Of a DNA stretch of 64,000 nucleotides, positions 14,392-26,224 are shown one piece after another (the stretch's first letter is position 1; the number at the start of each line of letters is the position of its first letter). Origin of the DNA: Epiperipatus broadwayi (lineage: Eukaryota; Animalia; Onychophora); the NCBI GenBank assembly GCA_028023455.1, contig JAQFVV010000006.1, positions 1,426,001 through 1,490,000 of the forward strand, given 5' to 3'. The notes beneath the pieces were generated by a model. The model saw only the letters and a program-made list of their open reading frames with translations. It ran no database searches and was not told the DNA's origin. Both the position numbers and the translations under genes were made by a program.

Positions 14392-15038
14392 AAGCCATCC
14401 TTAGATATGTTAAAAGAAAATGGCACATCATATTTAAATATAAAATTGATAATGATCAAATTACTAGAGGTAAAAAAGGAAAAGCCAGACAACTTTTTAA
14501 TTTTTATTTTAACCAAAAGTGAAGAGGAAAAAATAAATGTTAATTTTGTGTTATTTAAATCCTAACTTGGTCTTCTTTTTGTGATTTTTCTGTAAAACTT
14601 TCAACTTGGTGCTTATTTAATTCACATTCGGCTGTTAAGCAGTCTTCATTAGAGCAAGAAAATATAACCCATCAACTCTCAAAAAGATCGCTGGACATTC
14701 AAAACTGTAACATAAGGCAATCAAAAGAGGTAAAAGAAGGAATATATTGTTTTTTATGATTTTTTTTAAACGTAAACAATACTAGAAGAATTGAAAAGGT
14801 GTAGAACAAGATTAGTATTCATACGTTGCTTAAGTATTTTTATTACATGTCAATGTATAAAGTAAATACCAAACATTTATTGTGTTACCTTACCCGTTTA
14901 AATGACGTTAATATTTATTCCTATAAGAATTTATTCTCTGTTTATCAAACATTCACTCATCATAAAGTTTTCTGGATTTCAGGCATTATGAACTCTTTGT
15001 GTATATATATATTTATCAAATAATATAAGTATAAAAAA

Positions 15039-15322
15039 AAAAAATCCACTAGAATAAAACTACAAAAATTTTTAAAAATGCGTATATAAAATTGAGGATT
15101 GATATCCTTTGCTAATTGTGTTAGTATTCACAAATTATAGAAAGTAGGTTATTCACATAGGAACGTTACTGTTGTGAGAGTTTAATAAGCTTTAAATATT
15201 AATGTATTGCTACTCAAGATGGCGGAATATGCCTTAAGCTGGCTATAACAAAGGATATTAATCTTCAATTTTATATACACATTTTTAAAAATTTGTGTAG
15301 TTTTATTCTAGTGGATTTTTTT
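15039..15322. mobile_element. MITE-like foldback with ~73-bp imperfect TIRs
   Basis: 15039-15111 is the reverse complement of 15249-15322 (AAAAAATCCACTAGAATAAAACTAC...CCTTTG / CAAAGG...GTAGTTTTATTCTAGTGGATTTTTT). Confidence 0.75.
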
Positions 15323-15373
15323 AATATATGTATTTAGTTGTATTAATATGCTTATGTGTTTATTATTTTTTAG

Positions 15374-15560
15374 TTTAAACAGCATTTTAAGTTACTTACC
15401 AAAGGTGCGTAGGACAGGATTATTTTCTGCTACTCAGACGAAAGAAGTCGAAGCCTTAATTAGAGCTGGTTTGAGAAATCCAGTGTGTATTTCTGTCAAA
15501 GAAAAAAATTTGGAAAATTCAGATGCCAAAACCCCCAATACTCTAAAAAATTATTATACA
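15374..15560 (+). CDS. DDX55: DDX55 coding exon (motif III, SAT)
   Basis: Acceptor tttttag and donor gtaagt. [44 protein letters not shown]...[11 protein letters not shown] is diagnostic of the DDX55/Spb4 subfamily ([15 protein letters not shown]). Confidence 0.96.
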
Positions 15561-15999
15561 GTAAGTAAAAACTTTTATTCAACTTACTATTTTGCTAACA
15601 TTGATTTAACTAATATGATAAATAATTATTTTATTAAAAACATAGAAATGATAAATTTATAATTCATTATATTTTTTTATATATTTAAGAAAATGTTTAT
15701 ATTATTACATGACTATATTATTACAAATTTAAAAAGTTTCTTCATGTTTCATTATATTCTTCATTAAAACTATATCACATGATCACCTATAAATATTTTA
15801 GTTAGATTATTAATATGCATAGATGAAATGAATTATAGAATTAGATTTGGATAAAGTTCTTTTGAAAGAAATAGCTTCATATTAAAAGGAAATATGCTTG
15901 TATGCTTGTAAAAGACTCTTATTTTCAGAACTTATTTATAGATTTGTAACTTTGACACTCAATACAAATTTAATACAAAGACTTCAGATCATATAGTGG

Positions 16000-16225
16000 T
16001 AAATGGAGAAACATATATTGAGAGTAACAATATCAAATTGAAAGTGAAGTGCCATGGATGAGAACACAGGTGTGGTTTATTAAGAGACCAAAATGCAACT
16101 GGGATGGACATATTGCTAGGAACGAAGACAAGGACAAAGTTGCTAAGAAATTGTAAAAGACTCAGAAAAAGACCAGACATGAGATGGTTGGATAAGATAA
16201 GGAAGCTTTTTGGATCTGGATTTTA
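16000..16225 (+). pseudogene. RTE-clade LINE 3' fragment
   Basis: Broken K..KCNWDGHIARNED...KRPDMRWLDKIRK, typical of the RTE RT C-terminus. Confidence 0.5.
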
Positions 16226-16559
16226 TCATTATTGATAATTTAGTAATTATCAGTAATTTGTCAATGATTTTTAAATTTTCAAATAAACAAACTGATTGGC
16301 TATTTAGGAAAAATAATGTTTGTTTATAAGAAGAATTATAAGATTGATTGTATCACAATAATCAATGAAAGTAAATGAATCTAATTGTACTTAAACATGT
16401 GCATGTGTGAATTTGAATTGTTATTTTTGAGCGGAGGATATTGTTTAAAAAAATAGAATATAGCTAAAAAGAACAGAAGATAAAATACCATGTATATATA
16501 TAAAAGAAATCACACACACAAATACTATCAAGTAAGATATGTAATGGTATGTGTGAAGA

Positions 16560-18330
16560 TAATATGGTGTTAACTCGCTTTCTCTTAAATGAAGTTATAA
16601 GTTTTTGTATGCCCAGAAACCATGTTAGTCCAAGTTAAACATTCCTTTCCCTCAAAATTTTTACATACCATGATAAAACTTATCTAGTTCTTATTTCTGG
16701 TTATCCGATTATTTTCTCTCGTCTATATTATTTTAATAAATGTTGTTTCATTAATGAAGCTAGTTAATCTTTTATTTCCCAATTTTGTTATAAAAAATTA
16801 AAATTATAAAATCTCAATTTTTGTACTGCCTTTACTTTTAAATTTCCTCCATTTTTCCATATATTTTATTCTGATTCTGTTTAAACATCTTATGTTCCAA
16901 AAATAAATGTTAAATTCTTTCTTCTTTTTTATGAATACTTCTATAATCCAAATCCTTATTCTATTTTTGTGTTTTTTCTCTGGGTATCCGAAACTTGCGC
17001 CCTTTTATCAAATTACAATAAACTTTCTTTAGTGCCGTATATCCTTTCATATTTTATATAATTTTTATTTTTGATAACAATCAACCTTAAGAATCACTAA
17101 TCACAACCTGTAGTCAAGGCAACCTTCTTTAAAAGGTAGTACGACTTTTATCTATGGACTGATATGTTTATATAGACATTAAAGATTGCAACTTGACCAA
17201 GGAATGTGAGATGAATACTGCACAGAAGTTTAAATAAACCTCATTAATCAGGCAAATATAACCTGTTCTGAAAGCAGCCTAATAAATAGTCAATAATCAA
17301 TTATAACTCCCAGATTTTTATTTTTATATAACGTGAAATTATTATTTTTTATTCCGTTTCCACAATTTCTTTTATTTAACTATCTATCCTATTTCATCAT
17401 GTTTTATAATTATGTAGCTATAATACATTCTCTATAAATTTATTCCATTTACCTAATGCATTTGTTTTTCTTTCCATGTAATCCAATGTAATACTATTCT
17501 TCCATGAACTATTTCATTCACTGTAACTTTCCAATCATTTTTAATTTAATTTTAAGTCTGCTCATTAAAAAAGACGTATGCTCTATTTCACCTTGAATAG
17601 TCCACAATTATTTCTCTATACATATCTACCTATTTTTTTTGTATTCTATCTTTTTGATTTCCTTGACCTATATCAAAGCACATCATTTTCAAATGTTAAA
17701 GCATTTCTTTCTTAACAATTGTATATACCCTATTTATTGTATGGAAAACATGTCGAATTTTTAGTCAATTCAATTTTTAATTACCCATAATGCCTTTTTC
17801 CATTTAGTAAAGTACTTAAATATTTATACTCCTGTTGTTCTAGATAAAAATTAGTTATTATACTTTCTTCAGTTTTACTCTTTCCGTCAAACATTACGAT
17901 CTTAAATTTTTCTTCAATATCTTCTTACCTTTTCATATATTTAAAATAATGACTTACGATCTTAAATTTTTCTTCAATATCTTCTTACGTTTTCATATAT
18001 TTAAAATAATGATTCCATCATGACTTCTAGACTTGTTAAAAATATGCTTTAAAAAAGAGAATTACTATATTATATAGTTTCTAGTTCTCACTACTGGAAT
18101 ACTACTCTTATTTCTAATTTTTCTGCCTCTATTCCCAAGTCTCTTAGAAATGAAATAAATAGTAAACCTGTATCTATTCAACTTCACATTTAATTTCCAC
18201 TGGTTCTGTATCTCTGACTTGGTACATTTTAAAATTACCCTCCAAGGGCTCTTAGCCAGTCGTAACAACTCTAATAACCACTTCTGATACTTCGTAAGCA
18301 GTGCTTATTCCATATCGGATAGATTTTTTT
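16560..18330 (-). pseudogene. Decayed RTE-like LINE ORF remnants (contains a 2 x 60 bp tandem duplication at 17894-18012)
   Basis: Minus-strand fragments resemble the RT N-terminal motifs WKKA...I and CFxD...FD, with many stops. The 60-bp duplication is seen directly. Confidence 0.4.
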
Positions 18331-18835
18331 ATAGTCTTTATTTCATCCGTAACATTTTCATTGTTGATGATGCTGAATTTCTTGGTACTCATTTCTTGTT
18401 GATGAGAATAGCAGGAAGGAACAAGCATGATGTGTTGTCATTGAAGCAGATTGTCCTCCAGAATATGAGTTTGATTCTTAATACGTCTGGGTATAACTTC
18501 AGTAAGCTGAAGGGCTATGAAGTTTCTGAATTTTTTACTTGGGTTTGGTTATTTGTTAGATAACTATTCACAATTTTTTGAAGATAAAACAGATCTTAGA
18601 GTGTATTCTAAGTTATGATAGCAATTATACCAATAGCAAAAATATTGTAGGACATCCTGCCTAACACTATTCTATCGATATACTAATTGCTAGAAGGTCT
18701 AAATATCGGAAAGGACAAAGTCATCTTGCTGAATTCTATTTATTAATGTTTTGAATTAAAAGACAATTCAGTAGATTAAAAATTTATCTTTTAAAATTAC
18801 TTTTGGAAAAATATAATAGAAATTTCGACCACAGT

Positions 18836-19333
18836 TAGATAGAGATTTTAAATGTTTTCTCTTGCAGCATTTATCGAAAAAGCTTGTTTAGAGCTATTAA
18901 CACGCTCATTATATTACATTTGTAAATACAAGCTAATTAAGTCACATGGTGTACGACTTAGTTTTCCTTACTATTATAGTTTGTCTTTAAAAGGTTTTGG
19001 TGATGTTATATTGCTAAGGCTATTAATATATGGTTTATCTGAATTTAGTTCAGTCCCATATGGCTATTTAAGTTAGATAGCTGGATTTGAAGACATATAG
19101 ATGTCTGAAAACTTCAGATTTTCTACTAAATAGTTACGTATTAGATAAATGTTGGGCTTGAGTTTGTATTTTAGATCTAGGGTCTGGATATCCTAGTATC
19201 TCACTGAAGAGAGCCATTAACTTGAAACTAGTTCGAGGATAAGGATAATTCTAGATAGAGATTTTAAATGCTTTCTCTTGCGGCATTTGTCGAAAAAGCT
19301 TGTTTAGAGCTATTAACATGCTCTTTATATTAC
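18836..19333 (+). mobile_element. Family D retrozyme-like unit: 416-bp monomer plus 82-bp terminal redundancy
   Basis: TAGATAGAGATTTTAAATG...TATTAC at 18836-18917 is repeated at 19252-19333. One HHR-like motif lies at 19197-19238. A homologous minus-strand copy lies at ~46127-46540. Confidence 0.8.
19197..19238 (+). ncRNA. Minimal type I hammerhead ribozyme motif (family D; first stem I pair mismatched)
   Basis: TATCTCA-CTGAAGA-GAG ccattaa CTT-GAAA-C TA G-TT-CGAGG. Stem III palindrome ACTAGT, GUU triplet, A.C mismatch at the base of stem I. Confidence 0.6.
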
Positions 19334-19708
19334 TCTCTCACTGTGAAAACATTTTTCTCTTATGATAACTAAAAACGTCTGGCAGTTAAAAATTGCCATC
19401 TTGGAATAATTGATGGGAATAGAAAACGACATATCACTAAGTCTTATTTATCTAACATGAATAACTGTTATTAAAATGACTATTTTAAATATAAATTCAT
19501 AACACTTTCTCTAAATTTGTTAAAATAATTTTTAAAATATATTAATTTTTACAATAAAAAAAAAAGGTAGATTTCATATCTGAGAAACCTTTATAATAAA
19601 ACTTTGTACTCATAACAATTATGAAAATTAGTATTTAATAGTGTTAATATATTAACATCACGATCACCATTTTGTATGCTTACACACACTGTTAAAATAA
19701 TAGCAAAT

Positions 19709-19845
19709 TCTTCATACAGTAGTATCACCCAGTGCAAGCTTTAGTAATCAATGGATGCAAGAAGGTTCGTGCATAATTCACAAACCTTCTTGCATCCATT
19801 GATTACTAAGGCTTACACTGGGTGGCACTACTGTATGGAGATATT
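19709..19845. mobile_element. Family B 3'-end mini palindrome
   Basis: CATACAGTAGTATCACCCAGTGCAAGC...GCAAGAAGGTTCGTGC / CACAAACCTTCTTGC...TTACACTGGGTGGCACTACTGTATGGAGA. Confidence 0.75.
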
Positions 19846-20989
19846 AAGTTAAGTGTGGTGAATAGATATGGTTATTTGGGAATTATTTTAAGTAATCAGA
19901 AAAATTTTTTGGATGAATGAGAGAAAAAATTGATAAATGAAGCAAAGAAAAGAAAGGGATTGATAAAGAAATTAACAGTGTTTTCATATAATAAATATGA
20001 TGTAGCTAGAATTGTATGGAAGGGAGTTGCAGTAGCAGGGTTAACATATGGTAATGATGCATTATGTGTTAGTAAAGGGGTATTAGATTATTTAGAAAAA
20101 AGTTCAAGTGGAAGTAGGACAACATGCATTGGGTGCAGATGTATGGACAGCAAAGGAGGCAATTCAAGGAGAAATGGGATGGTCATGTTTTCATATGAGA
20201 GATGCAAAAAGTAAAATGAAAATATTTGGTAAATTGCAGTTTATGGATAATAAAAGAATAGCCAAAATAGTATTTAATTGGGTTATGAGTAAAGGGCAAG
20301 TAACAAGATGGGTGAGAAAGGTGATGCGGTATGCAAAAGATTTGGATAAAGAATTTATATCAGTATATTTGTACAAAAGATGGGATGATTGTGTTAAGAG
20401 GATTGTTGAGTGTTATAGTAGTAAGGAATGGGATAAAAGAATAGATTTATTAATAAAGAATAGGGAGTTAGAGAGATGGAGAAATAGTATGGAGAGTAAA
20501 AAGAGTTTAAATATATAGTTGCGAGTTAATATATGATAATAGTAAGGAAAGTAGTTTATTGTTTAAGGCTTGAACGGGAACTTTAGCAACAAGAGAATAT
20601 ACATGTAAATGGAAAAATATGGGTGATTTATTTTGTAAATTATGTAAGGAAGGAATAGAAAATATTAGGCATCTGTTAATTGAATGTAAATGCTTGAAAA
20701 CAGAAAGGTTACATATAATGAAGTTATGGAAGAATAAATATGAAAAAAGTGATTATACAGAAAGTGAATTATTGGTTTTTATGCTGGCTTTGGGAAAAGA
20801 TAAGGGGGATTTAGATATAAAGGCTATAGAGTTGACAAAAATTATGTTGTGGAAATGGGATGGAGCAGAATATGGGAAAACTTAGAGTGGGGAATGGAAA
20901 ATTAAGTGACTAACAGGTTTATCTGGGCATAATTGCTGAGATATTCTTGACTTCGTTTAAGGAGAAGCCACAGTACATCACATCACATC
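19846..20989 (+). mobile_element. 5'-truncated non-LTR retrotransposon (RT C-terminus + CCHC zinc knuckle, (ACATC)n tail)
   Basis: Frameshifted ORF pieces: ARIVWKGVAVAGLTYGN, EAIQGEMGW, CKLCKEGIENIRHLLIEC (Cx2Cx7Hx4C). 3' end GGAGAAGCCACAGTACATCACATCACATC. A second copy lies at 41345-41920. The clade is not firmly assigned. Confidence 0.8.
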
Positions 20990-21465
20990 GCATTACTGTT
21001 CTAATATATTAACAGCATATTAATGTATAATCAATACATTCTTTTTATGCATAAACTAATGTTTTATTCTTTTGAATAATGCTCACTTAGAATTTAATTA
21101 CTGCTACAAATTTCACTTTATATTTTATTATAGAATTTCATAGGATTGCATACACACATATGTGCATATATAAGTAAATATTTTTGTTTTTTGTTTTTAT
21201 TAGTGTCTTTCCGCCTTAATTCTATCGCAATTATCCTTCAGCCCAGAGGTCAGACTAACCTCTCTTACTATGAATGCATTTGATACATCTCCTTCAGGGT
21301 TTTTCAAGTGAGCAAGACATACATAGCATTTGGTAGAATTTAACTTTATACCCAAATTTGTTTTAGCTATATTTAAATTTAACTGTCTGTGAGATCTATT
21401 TCAAACTTGTATTCCATCATACATGTCTGAAGATGTGATGAAAGATGTGAAAAAGTTTATTGGAT

Positions 21466-21511
21466 ACCCAAGATGTGCATTTCATATTGATCCAGCACTC
21501 ATCAGTTGGAC
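21466..21511 (-). ncRNA. Minimal type I HHR motif (family A-related)
   Basis: Minus strand reads GTCCAA-CTGATGA-GTGCTGGATCAATAT-GAAA-TG CA CA-TC-TTGGGT. Stem I is 6 bp with two wobbles, stem III is ATG/CAT, the triplet is AUC, and stem II is weak. Confidence 0.65.
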
Positions 21512-21619
21512 CAGATCACAATCTTTTACACATAAATTATTCCAGATGTTACCTAAAATTACTGCTACAACATCCATTTTGTATTTCATCGTAGAATTTC
21601 ATAGGATTACATATATCCA

Positions 21620-21940
21620 TACATACATCATCATCATCATCAACTATCATCAAACCACTGCAGGATGAAGGTCCAAGTTCAATCCATCTTCTCCGATCTT
21701 TAGCTTCTCTTCCTCACATCACCCCTGCACACTTTCTTATTTCATCCATCCATCTCATCATGTGATCTCTTTCTGGGTCTTTTACAATTTCTTGGAATCC
21801 AGTTTAAGATTTTAATTGTCCATCTATTATCTCTTCTAACAATATGTTCAGCCCAACTCCATTTCAGTCTTTTAATTTTTTCAATGAGGTCAGTAACACA
21901 TGTCTGTTCTCTTACCCATATATTGCGTTTTCAATCTCTT
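21620..21940 (-). mobile_element. RTE/BovB-like LINE 3' end with (GAT)n tail
   Basis: (CAT)n run at ~21625-21650, followed by sequence that reads on the minus strand as the RTE C-terminus (KRLKWSWAEHIVRRDNRW...). Confidence 0.65.
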
Positions 21941-22205
21941 CTTGTTACTCCCATACATACATACATACATACATACATGTGTTTATTTGGAAAATGTTAT
22001 AAATATTTAGGTTATAAAGGAGCTAATACTGGAGATAGAATAACATCATGTAAAAGATTTACGAATGATGTGGATTTTATAAAAGAGGATTTAAAGAATC
22101 TCTAAAATATATTAAACAAATTAGAAGAAGGATGCATAGAATAAGGAATGCAGATTAATATTGAGAAAACCACGTGTTTATAGATAGGAAGAATTACAAA
22201 ATGAA

Positions 22206-22920
22206 TACAAGTTAAATTCGTAATAAGATAATGTCAACAGGTGAATGGATTTAAATACATGGGTAATGAGTGAAGACGGAAGAAGGAAAGATGAAATTAA
22301 AAGGAGATAGCATTGGCAAAGGAGGTGTTCGTTAAGAGAAAGAAAATATTTTTTTTGAATCTTTGAAAAGAGAATTGCGGGAAGAATTAATTGAGTATTA
22401 TGTGTGGAGTGTATTATTGTACGGTCATGAAACGTGGATAATGAGTAAAAGAATTATGAGCAGAATGATGGTCTTTAAAATGTGGATGTGGAGAAGATTA
22501 GAAAAATTAGCTGGATGAATAAATGGCAAAAAAAAAAGATTAATTTCCTAAATTAATCTTTTTTTTTTTCAATTGCTCTTTCTGAAACATCTCATTTGCC
22601 ATTTTATTCATCCAGCTAATTTTTCTAATCTTCTCCACATCCACATTTTAAAGACCATCATTCTGCTCATAATTCTTTTACTCATTATCCACGTTTCATG
22701 ACCATACAATACTACACTCCACACATAATACTCAATTAATTCTTTCCGCAATTCTCTTTTCAAAGATTCAAAAAAAATATTTTCTTTCTCTTAACGAACA
22801 CCTCCTTTGCCAATGCTATCTCCTTTTAATTTCATCTTTCCTTCTTCCGTCTTCACTCATTACCCATGTATTTAAATCCATTCACCTGTTGACATTATCT
22901 TATTACGAATTTAACTTGTA
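22206..22920. repeat. Near-perfect 325-bp inverted repeat of an RTE LINE fragment (tail-in foldback)
   Basis: 22206-22530 is the reverse complement of 22595-22920 with only a few differences. The arms encode RTE motifs (YVWSVLLYGHETWIMSK, MWMWRRL). A perfect hairpin sits at the centre (22528-22569). Confidence 0.9.
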
Positions 22921-23029
22921 ATAAATTGACCTTTTATATAATTAAATCTATGGTATAAATATTCTTATTTGCTAATTGTTTTCTTCATCTAATTGATTAT
23001 TGTCAATCTTTTATATTCATTTTGTACAA

Positions 23030-23290
23030 AAATCATTGAACATTATTTTAAAGATAGAAAGAGAAATTGGATTGTATGTATACTAAGAAGAAAAAATAGT
23101 TTAATGAAAAATGGTTTGGAGGGAATGGTGAATAGAAACAAGAAAAATTTATGGAGATTCTCTTTTCTAGATGATATAAGAGATGGGAAGAGGTATATGG
23201 AATTGAAGATGTGAGCAATAAACATAATAGAATGGAGAAATGAATAAGTTGGTTGTATGATTGCTTTCTAGATCTGTCCATATAACATAG
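23030..23290 (+). pseudogene. RTE LINE 3'-terminal fragment
   Basis: KRNWIVCILRRKNSLMKNGLEGMV...FLDDIRDGKRYMELK matches the RTE C-terminal pattern W.GH..R....EG.V...D.I...Y.ELK. Confidence 0.6.
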
Positions 23291-25274
23291 CATTACTGAT
23301 ATATATTATAATGGTCGACCGAACCTCCCTAATCTAATCTGCCATACCAGGGTGCCACCAGGCCATTTGAACCTGGAAAATTTAAATAGTAGGCAGATAC
23401 GCACGGGAAAGGTTACTCTTTTATCGAATTGAAAGCACCAGTCACTAGCTCAGGGAGAAGTCGTTACCATATATATTGTTATTTAAATCTTCATTCTTAT
23501 TTTTAGCTTTAAAATCCACTCAACAATGAAAGAAATTAATTACTTCTACAACATCTGCTTTATATTTTATCATAGAATATCCTAAGTCTATGTATATATA
23601 TTGCAATGGACAGCAGGCACTCTTAATATCCATCACCAGAGAGTGCAACTAGACTTATAGCCTAAAAATGATTGTCTACTGCTGAGGATACCAAGTATAA
23701 ATGCCTACCACAGCTATACCATTATTCAGACATTTAATATTGTCTCTGGTTCACAGAGAGCAGAGATTCTTGCAAATATCAATTGGCAGAGTAGACTCCA
23801 GTAATCAAAACACTGAAACAAATTAACAATCAACAAAAAAATACTTATTTATAGCTTAGTATAATACAATTCAAATACAACAGAGTTTAAATATGACAAG
23901 ATTCAAATATGGAAGAGTTTAAATATACAAAGTTCAAATATGACAATCTAAATATAATAATTCACATATATCAGAGGAATCCAACGATATAAATAAAATG
24001 CGTTTGAATGGTAATGAACTTTTTTTTGGTATCCTTAAATATTACACTTCACAAAAATTTACACATAATATTGGATCACCTCTTAAGTTTGAAATTACTC
24101 TTATGATTTATCAGGATATGCATATACATATTATGCTTTTGCATTAAACAAATAATAATAAAGCAGCTTAAATTTCCCCGAAAATGTTCATGCATGCGGA
24201 CCATTACAATATTAACCCAATACACTGTGCATGTGACTCTACACCATTATTAAATGGAACAACAATAAATAAACCTCTGAATTATCCATATTATAAAAGC
24301 AAAAAAGTATAATTCATGGAGAGAAATGTCTTTAACCAATGCAAACACAATCATCTGCAATTAACCCATGTGGGCGTAATATATATCATGGGGAAATGAG
24401 TAAACCATAAATTCACATGGTTGATAAATACCAAGGATTGCTATATACCACGCACACATGTACACATACCAATTCTTTTCATTTCAGATACATGCGATGC
24501 AAACAATGTAAACAAACAAAGCTGCTAACAAATTTAACCAGTTTATTAAATGATTTATAGTTATGACCATATCATGTTGAATATATTAATGATATTTAAA
24601 ATATTTTTAGAGATTAATTCTTAAATATAAAGTAAAATAAAATAAAAAATCTCTTTTTAAAACTTCTTTAAAATCAACTTTGTTCTAAAACTACATTGTA
24701 ATTAATAACGGTTGCAGAAGCAATTTTTTTTTAAAATTAAAACTCATTATAAGGGGAAAAGAAAATTAAAATTTAAGAAATAAACCGTTTCTTCTGTCTC
24801 AAATGGTTAAAAGAAAATAAACTATTATAGTGACTGTAAAATAAAAGATTTTTAAGATTCTATATCCTGTCACGATATCAAATCCACTGACAGAAAAAAG
24901 TAAAGTTTTATGATATTTAAATAATAAAATAAGTCAAAATAAATTTGTAAATCATTTAAGTTATAAATATCAAAAGATAAATATACAGATTAATATTAGT
25001 TAATGTGAAAAATCCATAAATCATTTAAATTAAATATCATTGGCTTGTTGGTAGTTTAGGAAATGTCTTATAGTTCATAAATAAAAGATTACCTTTAAGT
25101 ACAAGAAAAAAGATGGTGAAGGAGATATTATTTTTCAGAAATGTTGAATTCTATATATAAATTGTTGTGTTTATTCTGGATTATAGACCCGACCTACAGA
25201 AATAATACTAAGACCAGTATTACAATTAATACATTTACTATATGTACAAATATATACAATACAATATACAGTGT

Positions 25275-25463
25275 AATTAAAATTACCCCAAATCCAAAAT
25301 TCACCAGCCAGCATAAAATAATATTAAAATCCAAGGTTCCGCTACAGCGTTCTAAGTGTAAAGAAACTAAAACTACACTATATATAATATTAAACATTAC
25401 CCACACCTTCCTCCACCCCCTTAATATTGAAAGAACTCTTAAATAAATTAATTGCTTCAGAAT
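25275..25463 (-). mobile_element. Diverged 3' end (pLTR) of the Penelope-like element
   Basis: Homologous to 30171-30385 (AATTAAAATTACCCCAAATCC...GAACTCTTAAATAAATTAATTGCTTCAGAATA). The HHR region is degenerate. Confidence 0.75.
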
Positions 25464-25483
25464 ATACAAGTGAATATGTACAA

Positions 25484-25984
25484 TGTTGAATATTGTAGTT
25501 CAACGTAAACTCTGGGTTCTGCCTACCGCTTCCAGCTACATCTGCTGGCTTGCCTCTCGGGTAGGGTGTATGGCTCTTCCAGCTTTACAAGACAGCTTGC
25601 CTCGAGCCGAGAGTGGTCTTAGCAGCGTCCGGTCTCTGTGGGACTTGCCTAGTTGCGTAGACTAAATAGCATAGTGCGATCATGGGAATACTTGCTGCTA
25701 TTCAGGTTAGCAGAGATTCCCTGGGAGAACGCAAAGAGTCTTTTCAGGTTAGACAGACGTTCTTCCCTGATTCTCACAAAAGGCTGATTATTTATGCCTA
25801 GATCCCTGACCTTATTGAAAACCTTCAGATTCAGCAAGCTTTGTTGCTTATTGGCCTGTAATAATCATTGGCTAGGTTTTTATCTATACATCAGCCTATT
25901 GGCCTGTGGCAAACAATGCTTAATCCGATCAGATAAGGAGGCATCTGGAATAGTCCACTTCTGAGAGAAGGGAGGACTATAACA
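25484..25984. mobile_element. GC-rich ~500-bp island, possible solo LTR
   Basis: Abrupt GC increase bounded by TGTT...AACA. No convincing TSD and no partner LTR in the window. Confidence 0.35.
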
Positions 25985-26224
25985 TAAATACTGTATTGTA
26001 TTTATTTTGGTACAAGTTTTGCATTGGCAAGTTAGAATTTTAAATTATTAAATTCCCGAAAAGAAAATAATATTTTTTCTTTTGAAATATCATCTGATTG
26101 CATTTTTTAGACAACGTAGGTTATATATTTTTTTAAATTAAAGAGTTAAAAAGAAAATAAAGAGTAGAAGTAACCAAACATACAGTTTTTTGCTAAGTAA
26201 AGATATAAACTATTGCAATCAATA

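Noticed and set aside
15561-15662. C-terminal extension of ORF 15348-15662
   Set aside because: It is read-through past the GT donor at 15561. Homology to DDX55 stops at KNYYT and resumes at 29381.
18360-18420. TGATGA...CTGA motifs as a possible intronic C/D snoRNA
   Set aside because: Box spacing and a terminal stem are not satisfied, and no rRNA-complementary guide was recognisable.
21425-21465. CTGAAGA...GAAA on the plus strand (similar GAAGATGTGAT at ~27204)
   Set aside because: No pairing for stems I, II or III could be found.
23675-23720. CTGAGGA-TAC caa GTA-TAAA motif
   Set aside because: No GAAA, no NUH triplet, and only 3 bp of stem I.
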